The position numbers and the translations under genes were made by a program. A stretch of DNA of 64,000 bases from Candidatus Latescibacterota bacterium (GTDB lineage: Bacteria > Latescibacterota > UBA2968 > UBA8231). This document shows positions 10,628 to 21,627 of this stretch, one piece after another. Each line of letters opens with the position of its first letter. Positions within the stretch are counted from its first letter, which is position 1. The notes beneath the pieces were generated by a model. The model had not been told where the DNA came from, searched no databases, and was given only the letters and a program-made list of their open reading frames with translations. The stretch spans positions 320,001 through 384,000 of the forward strand of contig OY730476.1 in assembly GCA_963422735.1 (NCBI GenBank), written 5' to 3'.

Positions 10628-12066
10628 TTATCGACGACAACCAAAGCCTCGGCGACGGGCTGGTGCTGAGCCTGAACAAGATGGGGCATCAAGCGGTCGC
10701 CGCAGAGAGCGGTCGCGAAGGTTTGGAGCGGATAAAGGACGCGCCCTTTGACTTGGTCATTACTGATTACCGCATGGAGGAGATGGACGGCTTGGCGGTG
10801 ATGGAGGTGGTACAGCGCCAAGCTCCGGAGACCGACGTGATGATGATGACGGCTTACGACACCCGGGAACTGGCCGTAGAGGCCATGGAGCGGGGGGCGA
10901 TCGACTTTATCGTCAAACCCTTCCGGCCCGACGAACTGTGGCTGAAGGTCAATAAGCGGCTTGACTATCGAGCCAAACTGCAGGAAGCCCAAGCCAAGCT
11001 GCAGGAAGCCCAAACCCTCCGCCGGGAAGCCGAGTCCAAGCTCCAGGACTGGGAGCACTTATTCGAGCAAAACCGCTACCTGCGCGAAGAGATCGACAGC
11101 CGCTACAACTTCGGCGAGATCGTCGGCCAGTCCCCGCAGATCAAGGCCGTGCGTGAGCGAGTGCATAAGGTGGCGTCGTCGTCGTCGTCGGTACTCATCT
11201 ACGGGGAAAGCGGCACCGGCAAGGAGTTGGTCGCCCGCGCCATCCACTATCAGAGTAGCCGCAGCAAAGGTTCGTTCGTCAGAGTCAACTGCGGTGCCCT
11301 ACCGACCGGGTTGGTCGAAAGCGAGTTATTTGGGCACGAGCGGGGGGCCTTTACCAGCGCGGTGCGGAGCAAGAAGGGCAAGTTCGAACTGGCTGAGGGG
11401 GGGACGATTTTTTTAGACGAGATCGGCGATGTATCTTTGGAGACCCAAGTCCGGCTGTTGAGGGTGTTGCAGGAAAAGCAGTTCGACCGCGTGGGAGGCG
11501 AGCAGCCGATTGACGTAGATGTGCGGGTGGTGGCGGCGACCAACCGGCCACTTAAACGCATGCTCGAAGAGGGCACCTTCCGCGAGGATCTTTTCTATCG
11601 GCTGGAGGTCATTCCCATCACCTTGCCGCCACTGCGGGACCGGCGAGAGGACATCGAGCTATTGGTGAAACACTTTAGACAAAAAAAATGTAGGGAAATG
11701 AACCTCCCGCCCAAGCGTCTAACCGAAGAGGCCCTGACCGGCTTGCAAAGCTACCCGTGGCCGGGCAATGTACGCGAGCTGGAAAACGTCATCGAGCGCA
11801 CGATGGTGTTGGTTGACGGCGAGGAAATCGGCTACCACGATCTGCCGCTGACCTTTGACGAGGGGCCTACTAAGGAAGAGATTGCTGAAGCGGGGACCAC
11901 CGACGAAGGGAGGTTGCTGCTCAACGAGCGCCTCGACGAGGTGGAGCGCGCCCTAATCGCTCGGGCGATGGAGGAAGCCCATCACGTCAAGACCAAGGCG
12001 GCTTCGCTCTTGGGGATCAAGACTAGTGCCCTGTACTATAAGCTCGACAAATACGGTCTAGATTAG
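10612..12066 (+). CDS. Sigma54-dependent response regulator (NtrC family)
   Basis: Receiver (ILIIDD, TD, KPF), GESGTGKE, GAFTSA, FLDEIGD, WPGNVRELEN, Fis-type HTH. Confidence 0.95.
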   Translation: MGRILIIDDNQSLGDGLVLSLNKMGHQAVAAESGREGLERIKDAPFDLVITDYRMEEMDGLAVMEVVQRQAPETDVMMMTAYDTRELAVEAMERGAIDFIVKPFRPDELWLKVNKRLDYRAKLQEAQAKLQEAQTLRREAESKLQDWEHLFEQNRYLREEIDSRYNFGEIVGQSPQIKAVRERVHKVASSSSSVLIYGESGTGKELVARAIHYQSSRSKGSFVRVNCGALPTGLVESELFGHERGAFTSAVRSKKGKFELAEGGTIFLDEIGDVSLETQVRLLRVLQEKQFDRVGGEQPIDVDVRVVAATNRPLKRMLEEGTFREDLFYRLEVIPITLPPLRDRREDIELLVKHFRQKKCREMNLPPKRLTEEALTGLQSYPWPGNVRELENVIERTMVLVDGEEIGYHDLPLTFDEGPTKEEIAEAGTTDEGRLLLNERLDEVERALIARAMEEAHHVKTKAASLLGIKTSALYYKLDKYGLD

Positions 12067-12068
12067 CG

Positions 12069-12959
12069 ATGAGAAATCCATTCATTTTTTTATTGGTCTT
12101 GGGGTTGACGATGCCCGGGTCCGTGCGTGGGGACGCGGCCGGTCTGGGGGACCTAAAGGCCCAATATCGCGTCTTGGAGAGCCAGCGCGATTCCCTCGTG
12201 GGCCAGCACTTGCGGGTTGCGGCCGAAGCCGAAGTGCTATCGGCCCGCATCGACAGTCTGAAGCTGAGTGCAGCGAACTCTGCGGTGCTGCGGGAAGCTC
12301 TGCGCTCCTCGCTCGGGTTGGTGCAGCGCATGGTCGAGATCGACTGGAAGTTGGTGGCTTTAGAGGCGCGGCAGGATAGTTTGGCCGAGCGCTTGTGCCT
12401 CGCCTACGAGTGGGAAATCGGCGTACTCATCCAGAAGTTGGCCGAGCAGCCCGACCGGGTCCTGTCGGCCCAACTCACGCTCTATCAGGAGGCGCGGGAA
12501 CAGCTCGGAGTCGGAGTCCAAAGCGCGAACCTGCACTACAGCGAGCAGATGAAAATTGAGGTGGACGACGGGCCGGACGAGATTCAGCAGAAGCAAGAAC
12601 TCTTGGAGGATATCGCCGACCGCCTCAAGGCCGAATGGAGCGACAACGCCGACCTGATGAGCCGCTTGGAGGCCGAATACCGGCTGTGCATCCGAGCAGA
12701 GCAGGCGCGGGCCAAAGCGCGGCGACCCGATGAGCGGCTTTTGGTGAGCGGGGAACAGCCGCGCGAGCAAGTGCGGTTTCTCGGGCGAGACGAGTCCTTG
12801 GCCGAATTCGACCTCGAATCGTCGATCGCCGAAGTCGCATTGAAAATTCACAAGCTGAAGGCGCACCAGCAGGAAATCCTCCAGCTACAGGCCGTGGTCG
12901 AAGACCGCGCCGAGGCGTTTCGGCTCTACTTGCGCAGCATGTTAGAAGGCGAGGAATAG
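12069..12959 (+). CDS. Secreted coiled-coil hypothetical protein
   Basis: Signal peptide, helical Leu/Glu/Gln-rich sequence, 2 bp after the regulator. Confidence 0.6.
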   Translation: MRNPFIFLLVLGLTMPGSVRGDAAGLGDLKAQYRVLESQRDSLVGQHLRVAAEAEVLSARIDSLKLSAANSAVLREALRSSLGLVQRMVEIDWKLVALEARQDSLAERLCLAYEWEIGVLIQKLAEQPDRVLSAQLTLYQEAREQLGVGVQSANLHYSEQMKIEVDDGPDEIQQKQELLEDIADRLKAEWSDNADLMSRLEAEYRLCIRAEQARAKARRPDERLLVSGEQPREQVRFLGRDESLAEFDLESSIAEVALKIHKLKAHQQEILQLQAVVEDRAEAFRLYLRSMLEGEE

Positions 12960-13019
12960 TGGTTAGTGATCAGTGATCACTGATCAGTCCCAACCCATCC
13001 CCCTCGGAGTGGCGGGGAA

Positions 13020-13388
13020 CTAACCGCTAACCACTGGAATGGTGTGCAACCCTCGGCTTACTTCCACTACATTGTCTCGCGTCGCGCTGAAGGCGCACTT
13101 GAGCCGTTGATAGGCTGCCCACGGGTCTGTCTGGTGACCACAGGTAAAGAGGTCGAGGGCGGCATAACCGCGCTCGGGCCACGTGTGGACGGCCAAGTGG
13201 CTCTCTTCGACGATGAGCACACCGGTGACCCCTCCCGGACTGAAGCGGTGAAACGTAGTGCCTAAGACGCGAGTGCCGGCCGCTGTGGCGGCGGCCTGCA
13301 ACTCGGCTGCGATATAGTCTGGGTCGTCGAGCCGCTTGTGGTCGCAGCCATAGAGATCGACGAGTAGATGGCGGCCTATGGCCTGCAT
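13020..13388 (-). CDS. speD: S-adenosylmethionine decarboxylase proenzyme (class 1B)
   Basis: GRHLLVDLYGC, HRFSPGGVTGV, EESHLAVHTWPE (self-cleavage E-S), DLFTCG. Confidence 0.95.
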   Translation of the reverse strand: MQAIGRHLLVDLYGCDHKRLDDPDYIAAELQAAATAAGTRVLGTTFHRFSPGGVTGVLIVEESHLAVHTWPERGYAALDLFTCGHQTDPWAAYQRLKCAFSATRDNVVEVSRGLHTIPVVSG

Positions 13389-13439
13389 TGAAGCGTGCCC
13401 GAGCAGTGGAGCAGAAATGTACGAGCTGCAACGAGGCCC

Positions 13440-13628
13440 TCAGACATATTCGACGATGTCGGTGGGCAGGCACTTGAGGTCCCGGCATATATTGGACAGG
13501 ATGTACGGGTCCATGGCCTCCGTGCCTTGGTCAATGGCTTTTTTGATGTGCTGGTAAGTGGTCAGGTTGATTTCGGGTTTGCGCTCTTCGAGCATTTGTT
13601 CGATCGCTTCTTTCTTAAAGCGGATCAT
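13440..13628 (-). CDS. Small Cro/C1-like helix-turn-helix protein
   Basis: C-terminal LSNICRDLKCLPTDIVEYV resembles HTH_26/YozG proteins; GAGGAGG RBS. Confidence 0.55.
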   Translation of the reverse strand: MIRFKKEAIEQMLEERKPEINLTTYQHIKKAIDQGTEAMDPYILSNICRDLKCLPTDIVEYV

Positions 13629-13730
13629 GCAGCCTCCTCGCTTGCGGGTGGGATGAGTACCTGATGTTACGCAGCCTTTATCCCCCGCCTACGCGGGGGC
13701 AGGCTCTGCGGCTTCCTGCCGTCCCCCCTT

Positions 13731-13871
13731 GTCATTCCCGCCAAAGCGGGAATCCAACCCAGCGCATGATGCGGACCCCGTCTGCACGGGGGCAGGCTTC
13801 GACGTACGCTGTCGAGTCGAGCAGCCGAACCGCCGAGGGTTGATCTGGATGCCTGCTTTCGCAGGCATGAC
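13731..13871. repeat. REP-like inverted palindromic pair
   Basis: GTCATTCCCGCCAAAGCGGGAATCCA (13731-13756) and inverted TGGATGCCTGCTTTCGCAGGCATGAC (13846-13871); similar remnants near 34047-34121. Confidence 0.7.
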
Positions 13872-13953
13872 CGCCCAGACATAGACCAAGCAATCGCAAG
13901 ACTGCGTACGGTCAATGAGTAAGTAAGGCCACGCGGCGATCTCCGTCAAAAGG

Positions 13954-15201
13954 CTATTCATAACGCAAGGCGTCTATAGGATTGAGGAGGGCGGCTTGGC
14001 GGGCCGGGTAGATGCCGAAGCCAATGCCGACCGCGGCCGAGACCCCAAAGGCGAGGGCAATGGTCCAGGGCTGGACGATGGTGCGCCAGCCCGCGTACAG
14101 GGTGATCCCTTCCGGAATGGCGTAGCCCAGCACCACCCCCATCAGGCCGCCGATCAGGCTGACCAACAGCGATTCGACCAAAAACTGCGCGAGGATGTCG
14201 TGCCGCCGTGCGCCCAAGGCGCGGCGGATGCCGATTTCGCGCGTGCGCTCGAGCACCGAGGCCAGCATGATATTCATGATGCCGATGCCGCCGACTAACA
14301 GGGAGATGCCGGCGATGCAGCCCATGACTATGTTGAAGATCTGCTGAGTTTTCTGGCTCTGGCGCAACAGCTCTTCGGGAATGGCGATCTTGAAGTCCTC
14401 GACGCCGCGATGGCGCCGGTTGAGGATGGTGCGGACGATGGCGGCGGCCTCTGGTAGCTGGTCGGAGTTGGGGACCTTGACGGTGATTTGGGTCAACTCG
14501 GGCTCGCCCGGATCCCAGTGAAAGCGGTTGAGCAGGGCCGTCAGCGGGACGTAGATGTCCTCGTCGGTGTTGCGCACTTCGAGCACCCCGCCGATTTTGC
14601 CGCCGGCTGCGCCCTTGTCTTCGAGTACGCCGATGACCGTAAACCACTGGTTGCGGATTTTGACCCGGCCGCCGAGGGGATCGTCGAAAAAGAACAGGGC
14701 GCGCTTGACATCCGCACCCAACACGCAAACGCGCTTGGCGTCGCGCAAGTCTTCGGCCGAGAAGAACGCGCCGCTGCCCATGCGGGCGTCGAGCACGGTC
14801 AGGTAGTCGGGCGTCGTGCCTACTGCCATGGTGTGAAAGGTGTTGCCTTGGGCTTGGGCCTTGACCTTGACCTCGCGCTGCGGGGTTGCGTAGTCGGCCA
14901 AAAGGCATATCGCAGCGATTGAGCGGGCGTCGTCCCACGTCAGGCCGGCGGAGAGGTTGTAGTCGGCGTCGGTGGCTGCGTCCGCTTCGCCTTCGTCTTT
15001 TTTCCAGTGCTGGACGATGATGTTGCTAATGCCCATCTGGCGAATCTGTTCGAGGGATTCCTGTTTGGCGCCCTCGCCGATGGACAGCATGGCAATGACA
15101 GCGGCCACCCCAAAGACAATGCCGAGCATGGTCAGCAGGGTCTGCAGCTTGTGCGAGAGGAGCCCGACCCAGCTCAAGGCGGCGGTTTCGCGCAGTTCCA
15201 T
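13954..15201 (-). CDS. MacB/FtsX-like ABC transporter permease
   Basis: TMLGIVFGVAAVIAM, ISLLVGGIGIMNIML, ERTREIGIRRALGA, PIDALRYE. Confidence 0.95.
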   Translation of the reverse strand: MELRETAALSWVGLLSHKLQTLLTMLGIVFGVAAVIAMLSIGEGAKQESLEQIRQMGISNIIVQHWKKDEGEADAATDADYNLSAGLTWDDARSIAAICLLADYATPQREVKVKAQAQGNTFHTMAVGTTPDYLTVLDARMGSGAFFSAEDLRDAKRVCVLGADVKRALFFFDDPLGGRVKIRNQWFTVIGVLEDKGAAGGKIGGVLEVRNTDEDIYVPLTALLNRFHWDPGEPELTQITVKVPNSDQLPEAAAIVRTILNRRHRGVEDFKIAIPEELLRQSQKTQQIFNIVMGCIAGISLLVGGIGIMNIMLASVLERTREIGIRRALGARRHDILAQFLVESLLVSLIGGLMGVVLGYAIPEGITLYAGWRTIVQPWTIALAFGVSAAVGIGFGIYPARQAALLNPIDALRYE

Positions 15202-15204
15202 GGA

Positions 15205-16572
15205 TTACCGCACTGAGGGTGCATCAGCCTCTGGGGCCGCGTCCATGCCGCCGATGGGATCGGCCGCTTGGGTCGGGTCGCGCAGGGCAACGCGGTCGTC
15301 GGGTGCCAGCCCGTGCTCGACGACGACGAAGTCCTCGTTTTTCTTGCCCAGCGTCACGGCCCGCTCCTCGGGCTGGCCGCCGATGACGCGATAGACGAGT
15401 GCGCGCCCGTCCCTTTCAAAAATCGCGTCTAAGGGAATGTAGAGGGGCAGCGGTGCGGCCGCGGCGACCTCGGTGGTGGCCTCGGGTTGCACCGAGTCCG
15501 GCTTGGCCGCCGACCTCGGCGGGATGGTCTCGACGATGATTTCCGCGGTCGCGGTCATGCCGGGCTTGAGCCGGTCGTCTTCTTCCTCTATTGCGAGCAC
15601 CACGTCGAAGACCTTGACGTTTTTCTCGCCCTCCTTATCGCGGCCGAGCGAGGCAATGCTCTTGATGCGGCCGTGGAAGATGGGTTCGGGTAGGGCGTCG
15701 AGTTTGATGAGGGCGACTTGGCCGGTGTCTAGCTTATCGACCTCGACCTCGTTGACATAGGTCTTGACCTGCATCTGCGAGAGGTCGGGCAGGGAGATGA
15801 CGTTGACCCCGCCCCAGATCTCGTCGCCGACGCGCACTTTTTCTGGCCTCTCGCCCTTCCACACCTTGCCATACACCACCAAGCCGGGCTTTTCAGCCTT
15901 GATGGTCGTGCTTGCCAATTCCTTGCGGGCCTTGTCTAGCTCGCGCTCGTTGCGCTCGATTTCGAGCTGGCGCTTTCTAATATCGGCGTTGTTGACTACC
16001 TGTTGCGACTTGAGTTTCTCGACGGCTTGCTGATAGCTCAGATTGGCTTTGTGAGCTTCGATTTGGGCCTCTTCTTTTTGTACGGTGGCTTCAAAGGCCA
16101 TGCGCTCGACCTTGAGTTCGGCGAGGCGCAAGTTGGCCTCTTGGTTTTTGATGTCGGCTTCGAGTTTGACGATTTCGGCCTTCTGGGTGGCCTGCGTTTT
16201 CTCTAGGTCGGCCTGTGCGGACTCGACTTGCTGCTCGGCGTCCATGACCCGCTTCTGAAAGTCCGTCTGCTCAAACTGGACGAGCAGATCCCCAACGGCG
16301 ACTTGCTCACCCTCGGGGAAAAGCTCGACGATTTTGAGCTGACCTCGGACGCGGGGCGCAACGATATTTTCCGCCTCCACGGCTTCGAGTTCGCCGCCTT
16401 TGAGCTTCAAGGAGATGACGAACTCGCCCTGCTGGACTGGGTAGGTGGGGATGGAAGACGCAGCTTCGTCGGGCATCTGCTGTAAGGCGATAAACGCCGC
16501 CAAAACCGCGACCGCGCAGAGCCCGGCAATCCACCACTTGCGGCGACCGTTGGCACTTGGAATGTGGGTCAA
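15205..16572 (-). CDS. Efflux periplasmic adaptor (MacA/HlyD family)
   Basis: N-terminal TM, lipoyl-like PEGEQVAVGDLL, long coiled coil, LKPGMTA. Confidence 0.9.
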   Translation of the reverse strand: MTHIPSANGRRKWWIAGLCAVAVLAAFIALQQMPDEAASSIPTYPVQQGEFVISLKLKGGELEAVEAENIVAPRVRGQLKIVELFPEGEQVAVGDLLVQFEQTDFQKRVMDAEQQVESAQADLEKTQATQKAEIVKLEADIKNQEANLRLAELKVERMAFEATVQKEEAQIEAHKANLSYQQAVEKLKSQQVVNNADIRKRQLEIERNERELDKARKELASTTIKAEKPGLVVYGKVWKGERPEKVRVGDEIWGGVNVISLPDLSQMQVKTYVNEVEVDKLDTGQVALIKLDALPEPIFHGRIKSIASLGRDKEGEKNVKVFDVVLAIEEEDDRLKPGMTATAEIIVETIPPRSAAKPDSVQPEATTEVAAAAPLPLYIPLDAIFERDGRALVYRVIGGQPEERAVTLGKKNEDFVVVEHGLAPDDRVALRDPTQAADPIGGMDAAPEADAPSVR

Positions 16573-16579
16573 GACAACC

Positions 16580-17788
16580 TCATCGGGGGACAGTGGGGTC
16601 TTTGAGAGCGACGATGTCGCCTTCGGCTAGGCCGGAGACAATCGCGGCCGCGGTGGCGTTTTTCGCGGACAATTCTACCTCAACTTCTGCGAAATCGCCG
16701 CCTTCGAGCCGATAGGCAACCCAGCGGTCGGCGCGGGCGAAGACGGCGTTCAGTGGCACGGATAGGACATTGGGGATGGCGCGGAGGACGATTTCGACTT
16801 GGGCGGACATGCCCGGCTTGAGCCGCTCGTCCTGCTCGTCGATGTCGATGACGAGCTCGAAGACGTGGATGTCCGGTGCGCCAGGCTGGGGGGAGGCCAT
16901 GGGCGCGATGTTGGCTACGGTGCCGTTGAAGACCGGCCCGGGGAAGGCTTCGAGGCGGATGAAGACCCGCTGGCCGACGCGTATGCGCTCGATGTCCATT
17001 TCGCCGATCAGGCACAGTACCTGCATTTCGCTCATGTCCGGGATGTCGAGCAGGCCGCGACCTCCCCAGACTTGGTCTCCGACCGCGACTTTGCCCTCCT
17101 CGTCGGTGCCTGGTTTCCAGATTTTGCGATAGACCACGATACCCGGTTTGGCCGCATAGATGCTGGTGCGTTCGTAGTCGCGCCGCGCCCTTTCGTAGCG
17201 CTCCTGCTTGCGGGCGATGTTCAGCTCGTGCTTGCGAAAATCCACCCGGTTGACCACTTCTTGAGCCACGGACTCCTGCCGCGCTTCCGCCGTGGCGCGC
17301 CGGGCCTTCGCCAAATTGATGAGCCCTTGCTCTTGGTCAATGGTGGCGGCGAATTTCTGGCGTTCTTGGTTGACCGCAGCGAGTTGGAGCTCGGCCTGCT
17401 GCTGCTGGATCTTGCGCTTGATGTCGGCGAGGTGTTGCTCGTGCTCGGCCTTGGCCTTGGCGAATTCCGACTGGGCCTGTTCGAGCTGGCCCTCGCGGTC
17501 GAGCATCTCCCGTTCAAACTCGGCCGGGTCGAACTGGAGGATCAAGTCGCCGACATCGACTTTTTCCCCTTCGGGCCAGAGGTGAACGATCTTGAGCCGG
17601 CCGCCGATCCGCGGCGACATCACGACTTCGCCGCTGACCGCGCGCACCTCGCCACCTTCAAAGTGCGTCACCGCAAAATCGCCGCGCACGACCTCGGCCG
17701 TGGGCAGGTCGGGCGGCACGCCCTGACAAGCGCACAGCGCTAGGGCGCAAAAGACCCTTCTCACCGGGTGGCCTCCTCGGTCGGGCAA
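16580..17788 (-). CDS. Second efflux periplasmic adaptor (MacA/HlyD family)
   Basis: [12 protein letters not shown], coiled coil, LKPGMSA; true start probably GTG near 17764 with lipobox-like LCAC. Confidence 0.9.
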   Translation of the reverse strand: MPDRGGHPVRRVFCALALCACQGVPPDLPTAEVVRGDFAVTHFEGGEVRAVSGEVVMSPRIGGRLKIVHLWPEGEKVDVGDLILQFDPAEFEREMLDREGQLEQAQSEFAKAKAEHEQHLADIKRKIQQQQAELQLAAVNQERQKFAATIDQEQGLINLAKARRATAEARQESVAQEVVNRVDFRKHELNIARKQERYERARRDYERTSIYAAKPGIVVYRKIWKPGTDEEGKVAVGDQVWGGRGLLDIPDMSEMQVLCLIGEMDIERIRVGQRVFIRLEAFPGPVFNGTVANIAPMASPQPGAPDIHVFELVIDIDEQDERLKPGMSAQVEIVLRAIPNVLSVPLNAVFARADRWVAYRLEGGDFAEVEVELSAKNATAAAIVSGLAEGDIVALKDPTVPR

Positions 17789-18459
17789 TCGCTTTCGATG
17801 CGACCATCGCGGAAGCGGACGATGCGCCGGCTGCGGCGGGCGAGGTGCTCTTCGTGTGTCACGAGGAGGATGGTGTTGCCCGCGGCGTGTACTTGGTCGA
17901 AAAGGTCCATGATTTCGTCGCCGGTGCGGGAGTCGAGGGCACCGGTCGGCTCGTCGGCGAGGATGATGGAGGGCTCGTTGACGAGGGCACGAGCAATGGC
18001 CACGCGCTGCTTCTGGCCGCCGGACAGCGCGTTGGGCCGGTGCTCAACGCGCTCGGCCAAGCCCACAGACTCGAGGGCGAGGGCGGCTCGCTCCCGGCGT
18101 TGTCGCGCCGGCAGGCCGCTGTAAATCAGCGGCAGCTCGACATTGCCCAAGGCATTGGCACGGGGCAGGAGGTTAAAGGTTTGAAAGACGAAGCCGATTT
18201 CCCGATTGCGGATCCTCGCTAAGTCGTCGTCGTCCATCTCGCTGACGAGGACATTGCCGAGAGCGTAGCTGCCCGAGGTGGGCACATCGAGGCAGCCGAG
18301 GATGTTGAGCAGGGTGCTCTTGCCCGATCCCGACGGCCCCATGATGGCCACGTATTCGCCCGCAGCCACGCAGAGGTCCACCCCGCTTAGGGCGTGGATT
18401 GCAGTCGCCCCCATGTCGTAGGTCTTGGTCAGGTTGCGTATTTCAATAATCTCGTCCAT
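17761..18459 (-). CDS. ABC transporter ATP-binding protein (MacB/LolD type)
   Basis: [32 protein letters not shown]; ATG at 18459. Confidence 0.95.
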   Translation of the reverse strand: MDEIIEIRNLTKTYDMGATAIHALSGVDLCVAAGEYVAIMGPSGSGKSTLLNILGCLDVPTSGSYALGNVLVSEMDDDDLARIRNREIGFVFQTFNLLPRANALGNVELPLIYSGLPARQRRERAALALESVGLAERVEHRPNALSGGQKQRVAIARALVNEPSIILADEPTGALDSRTGDEIMDLFDQVHAAGNTILLVTHEEHLARRSRRIVRFRDGRIESDCPTEEATR

Positions 18460-19108
18460 CGGCCTTCTCAACCGCTCGCACTTGCCCCTGCTCCAGCCAC
18501 CCAGCCGCAGCCGCTGGCGGCTGGCGCACGCGGACATAGCCCGCTCGCTCTTCTTCGGCGAGCAGGATCGCGCCCGCCTCAACGCGGGCCAGCACTGGAG
18601 CACTGGGAGCGGGGGTCGCGCGCAGTGCGCCGCCGGTGGGTGCGTACACCATGCGTTCGATAAAGCCGTCGATCGTGGCTCTAAATACGGCCATAGCGTC
18701 GCGGGCCAAGTCGTCGTGGGGTGCGACCCGCACGGCCGCTAGCTTACTATAACGATAGGTGATCCCGGCAGCCGCCTCGCTCTGGGCGCGAAGATGGGCC
18801 AACTCGGGCACTGGAGCAGATGCCTTGGGGCCGGCTGCGGTAAAGACCGCGGTTACTAAGGTCTCGGTCTCGGGGTTGTAGGGGCTGGGTTGGGCCTGCC
18901 AGCGGAGGAGTTGGCCATCTTCGTACACTTGCAGGATATAGGCGCGGGTGAGTTCGTCGAAGCGGGCGGCAATGCCCCGGTATTCGCACTCGGCGCGTTG
19001 CAAGGCGTCGATGTCGCGGGCCATATCGCGCACAACGCCCGGGTTTGGGGAAGGGAGTAAGACGAGGGCAGGCGCGAGCAGTGTCTTGAAGATGCGGGCA
19101 GCTAACAT
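18443..19108 (-). CDS. Secreted hypothetical protein with C-terminal SH3b-like domain
   Basis: Signal peptide; [23 protein letters not shown] pattern. Confidence 0.5.
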   Translation of the reverse strand: MLAARIFKTLLAPALVLLPSPNPGVVRDMARDIDALQRAECEYRGIAARFDELTRAYILQVYEDGQLLRWQAQPSPYNPETETLVTAVFTAAGPKASAPVPELAHLRAQSEAAAGITYRYSKLAAVRVAPHDDLARDAMAVFRATIDGFIERMVYAPTGGALRATPAPSAPVLARVEAGAILLAEEERAGYVRVRQPPAAAAGWLEQGQVRAVEKADGRDY

Positions 19109-19269
19109 GGGATTGGGTACGTAAAGATGCTAGCTTAGCGGTGTATCCTTGTCAAGAAGACAACCGATTAGGTTTAGGGTAGCGGCGGTCGTATCTTAGG
19201 CTGATATCTACCCGCTAGTCTGATAAGAAAGGGGGCCGGGGGGATCGGTTTTCTCAAGGAGATACGACG

Positions 19270-19328
19270 ATGCGTTTTTTTAACACGGCTGGCCCGATCC
19301 AGCCCCAACACCACTACCACATCCCGCA
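19270..19328 (+). pseudogene. 5' stub of an AAA-ATPase gene (MRFFNTAGPIQPQHHYHIP)
   Basis: 6 mismatches in 58 nt against the start of the ATPase at 46962, with similar CAAGGAG RBS; cut off at 19329. Confidence 0.75.
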
Positions 19329-19377
19329 GCTACTGCGGGGAGGGGCCTAAAATCTTCCAAGCACCGAAAGGACGAGT

Positions 19378-20175
19378 ATGAGCGCCATATCCTTTGAGCA
19401 TATGTTGAGCCGCCAGTACACGGTCTTCGATGGGCTGGGTGGGATGCACGTGGAAGACATCTACCAAGACCGCCAAGGCTTTCTCTGGATCGCCACGGCC
19501 GACGGCGGCGTCAGCCGGTTCGACAGTGTGCGCTTCGATACCTTTAACACCAAAGATGGCCTGCCCAATCTGACGGTGATGGCCATTGCCGAGGAAGCCG
19601 ACGGGCGGCTGCTGTTGGGCACGTTTGGCGGGGGGATCGCCGCCTACGACGGGCGCGGCTTTCAGGTGTACACCACCGAGCACGGCCTGCCTTCCAATGA
19701 GATCGTGAGCCTGCAACCGCAGCCGGATGGCTCGATGCTGGTGCTGACCAACGAGGGGGTAGCGTGGTTTGCCGAGGGGGGCTGTACAAGGAGCATAACC
19801 GATGTTGGCGGCCAACCGTTGGGGCGGGTGTACGATATGGCCACTGACGCGGGCGGCACCACTTGGCTGGCCACGTGGGAGCGAGGCGTTCTCAGCTTGG
19901 ATGGGCGGTGCATGGATACCGGCGACCGGGCGGTGCGATGGCCTTGGAAATTCGCCGAAGGTCCCTCTGGCCACCTGTGGATTGCCTTCCTGTACATGAA
20001 CCCCGAAACCTTTATCGGCCGCTACGATGCGCGAGACGAGCAGTTCGCATTCATCCATGTGGATTGCGAAGCCGAGAGGGCTGCGCAGAATGGGGTGCGG
20101 CATGTGCGGGTTGACGATAGGGGCTGGCTCTGGCTGGCGCGCCGAGGGGTGCTCTGCTACGACGGGCAGGCGTGA
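19378..20175 (+). pseudogene. Truncated copy of the beta-propeller sigma54 activator (N-terminal quarter only)
   Basis: 19329-20151 is nearly identical to 37242-38065, then diverges and stops; no AAA+ or HTH. Confidence 0.9.
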
Positions 20176-20184
20176 CATCATTTT

Positions 20185-21041
20185 TCCGAGGAGATGGCGG
20201 CTTCCCAAGACTATACGCCCCGTCATATTGGCGACTTTACCGGTGATGACGCCGATCTCCGGGAGCGTCCGTGGGGTGAACAGGTGGTTTGTGGGGCCCT
20301 TGGGCGCGGCGTTTCAGAGAGGCGAGATATTTGAATTCGATGAGAGGAAGAAGCCGTTAGGGGTGGGCGATTTTGATGGCGATGGGCAGGTGGATTTCCT
20401 CACCGAATTCGCATCCGCTCAATTAGAAGGTGCTATATGATGATCGGCTATTTCTGCGCTCGTCAGTGCGGGTGCGCGACCTCAACGCCGATGGAGTCGA
20501 GGACTGGGTGTTTATCGGCGGGGATCGCGCCTCGGGCTTTGGGGTGTTTGTCGAATGGGGCGGGAGTGTCAACCCTACTCAAGTAGGGGAGCGGCACCCT
20601 CTGGAGGGCAGTGGGATACACGTGCTGTGTGGGGATATGGATAACGACGGCGATCTCGACTTGGTGGTGTTAGATCCGATATGGGGTGGAGTGCATCTGC
20701 TCAAGAGTTCACTGGCCGAGCAGCCAACGGCGGTGCTGACGCCGGCGGTAGCGCGGCCGGTGCAGCATCGGCTGGGTGAAAGCTATCCCAATCCGTTCAA
20801 TCCGGCGGTGGTGCTGCCCCTTGAGTTGGCAACGGACGCGGCGGGAGTGTCGCTGACGGTGTATGACGTGCTGGGTCGTCGGGTGCGGCGGGTGTGGGAC
20901 GGGTCGCTGGGGGCGGGAACGCATCGGTTTACGTGGGATGGCCGCGACGCGGCGGGCAAGGCGGTGGCTGCGGGTGTGTATATCTATCAGGTCGAAGTGG
21001 ATGGGCAGGTGGAAGCGAAGAAGACGACGAAGCGGCCTTGA
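20185..21041 (+). pseudogene. C-terminal remnant of an FG-GAP/FlgD protein
   Basis: Internally deleted, frameshifted homolog of about 26400-27360 (GDFDGDGQVDFLTEF, YPNPFNP); no N-terminus. Confidence 0.85.
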
Positions 21042-21302
21042 GGGGATGCGTCTATGCGACCGTACGCACTCGTATTGGCCTTTGCTCAACCCCACTTTCA
21101 GCACCGCAGCGGCTTGGCTCTGATGCGGCCGGGGCTGAGGGGGCCGGGTTCTCAGTGCTTCGCGGGGCTTGCGGTCCTGCTCGGCGCACGGGGAGCCGCA
21201 CGCCGACCGGGAGGGCGCGATCCCTAGGAGTAGCTATAGCCTCGCTCCGATGGTATGTAGGCGGCATCGAAGGGGCTATGAAAATGGGTGGGGCCTCGGT
21301 GC

Positions 21303-21370
21303 ATACGGAAAACCGTATCCATCATACGGAAAATCGTATAAAACCGTATCCATCATACGGGAAACCGTAT
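21303..21370 (+). promoter_or_regulatory. Putative enhancer (UAS) for cassette 1: three ATACG-N6-CGTAT palindromes
   Basis: Sites at 21303-21318, 21324-21339 and 21355-21370, upstream of a -24/-12 promoter. Confidence 0.75.
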
Positions 21371-21491
21371 GCTCCCTAGCACCGACGGCTCCGGCACCGA
21401 CGAGTAGAAAGCTTTCTCATACGTTATAAGTATCATGTTTTTCAATCTGTTAGATGCGTCCTGAAGGGTTTTTTGTTCGGATTCTGATCGT

Positions 21492-21507
21492 TGGCATGCC
21501 ACTTGCA
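21492..21507 (+). promoter_or_regulatory. Sigma54 -24/-12 promoter of precursor 1
   Basis: TGGCATGCCACTTGCA (GG-N10-GC); IHF-like TTTCAATCTGTTA at 21440-21452. Confidence 0.85.
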
Positions 21508-21627
21508 TAGCATAACTGTTGAAGGCGCTGCCGATGCCGACGAGGTATCGGTCGTTGCTCAACGCTGACTTCCAGTATGGTATCGGCCCCAGGCTGCGGA
21601 CGTACTGGGCAACGAAGGAGATGGACC

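Noticed and set aside
12958-13038. Heptamer-like inverted repeats (TAGTGGTTAGTG..CTAACCGCTAACCACT) as an ncRNA
   Set aside because: Short degenerate repeat between convergent genes, also seen near 1302; likely a terminator or REP-like element.
21303-21370. Short repeats as a CRISPR array or replication iterons
   Set aside because: 16-bp palindromes separated by only 5-15 bp, no unique spacers, no cas or rep gene; position fits sigma54 enhancer sites.
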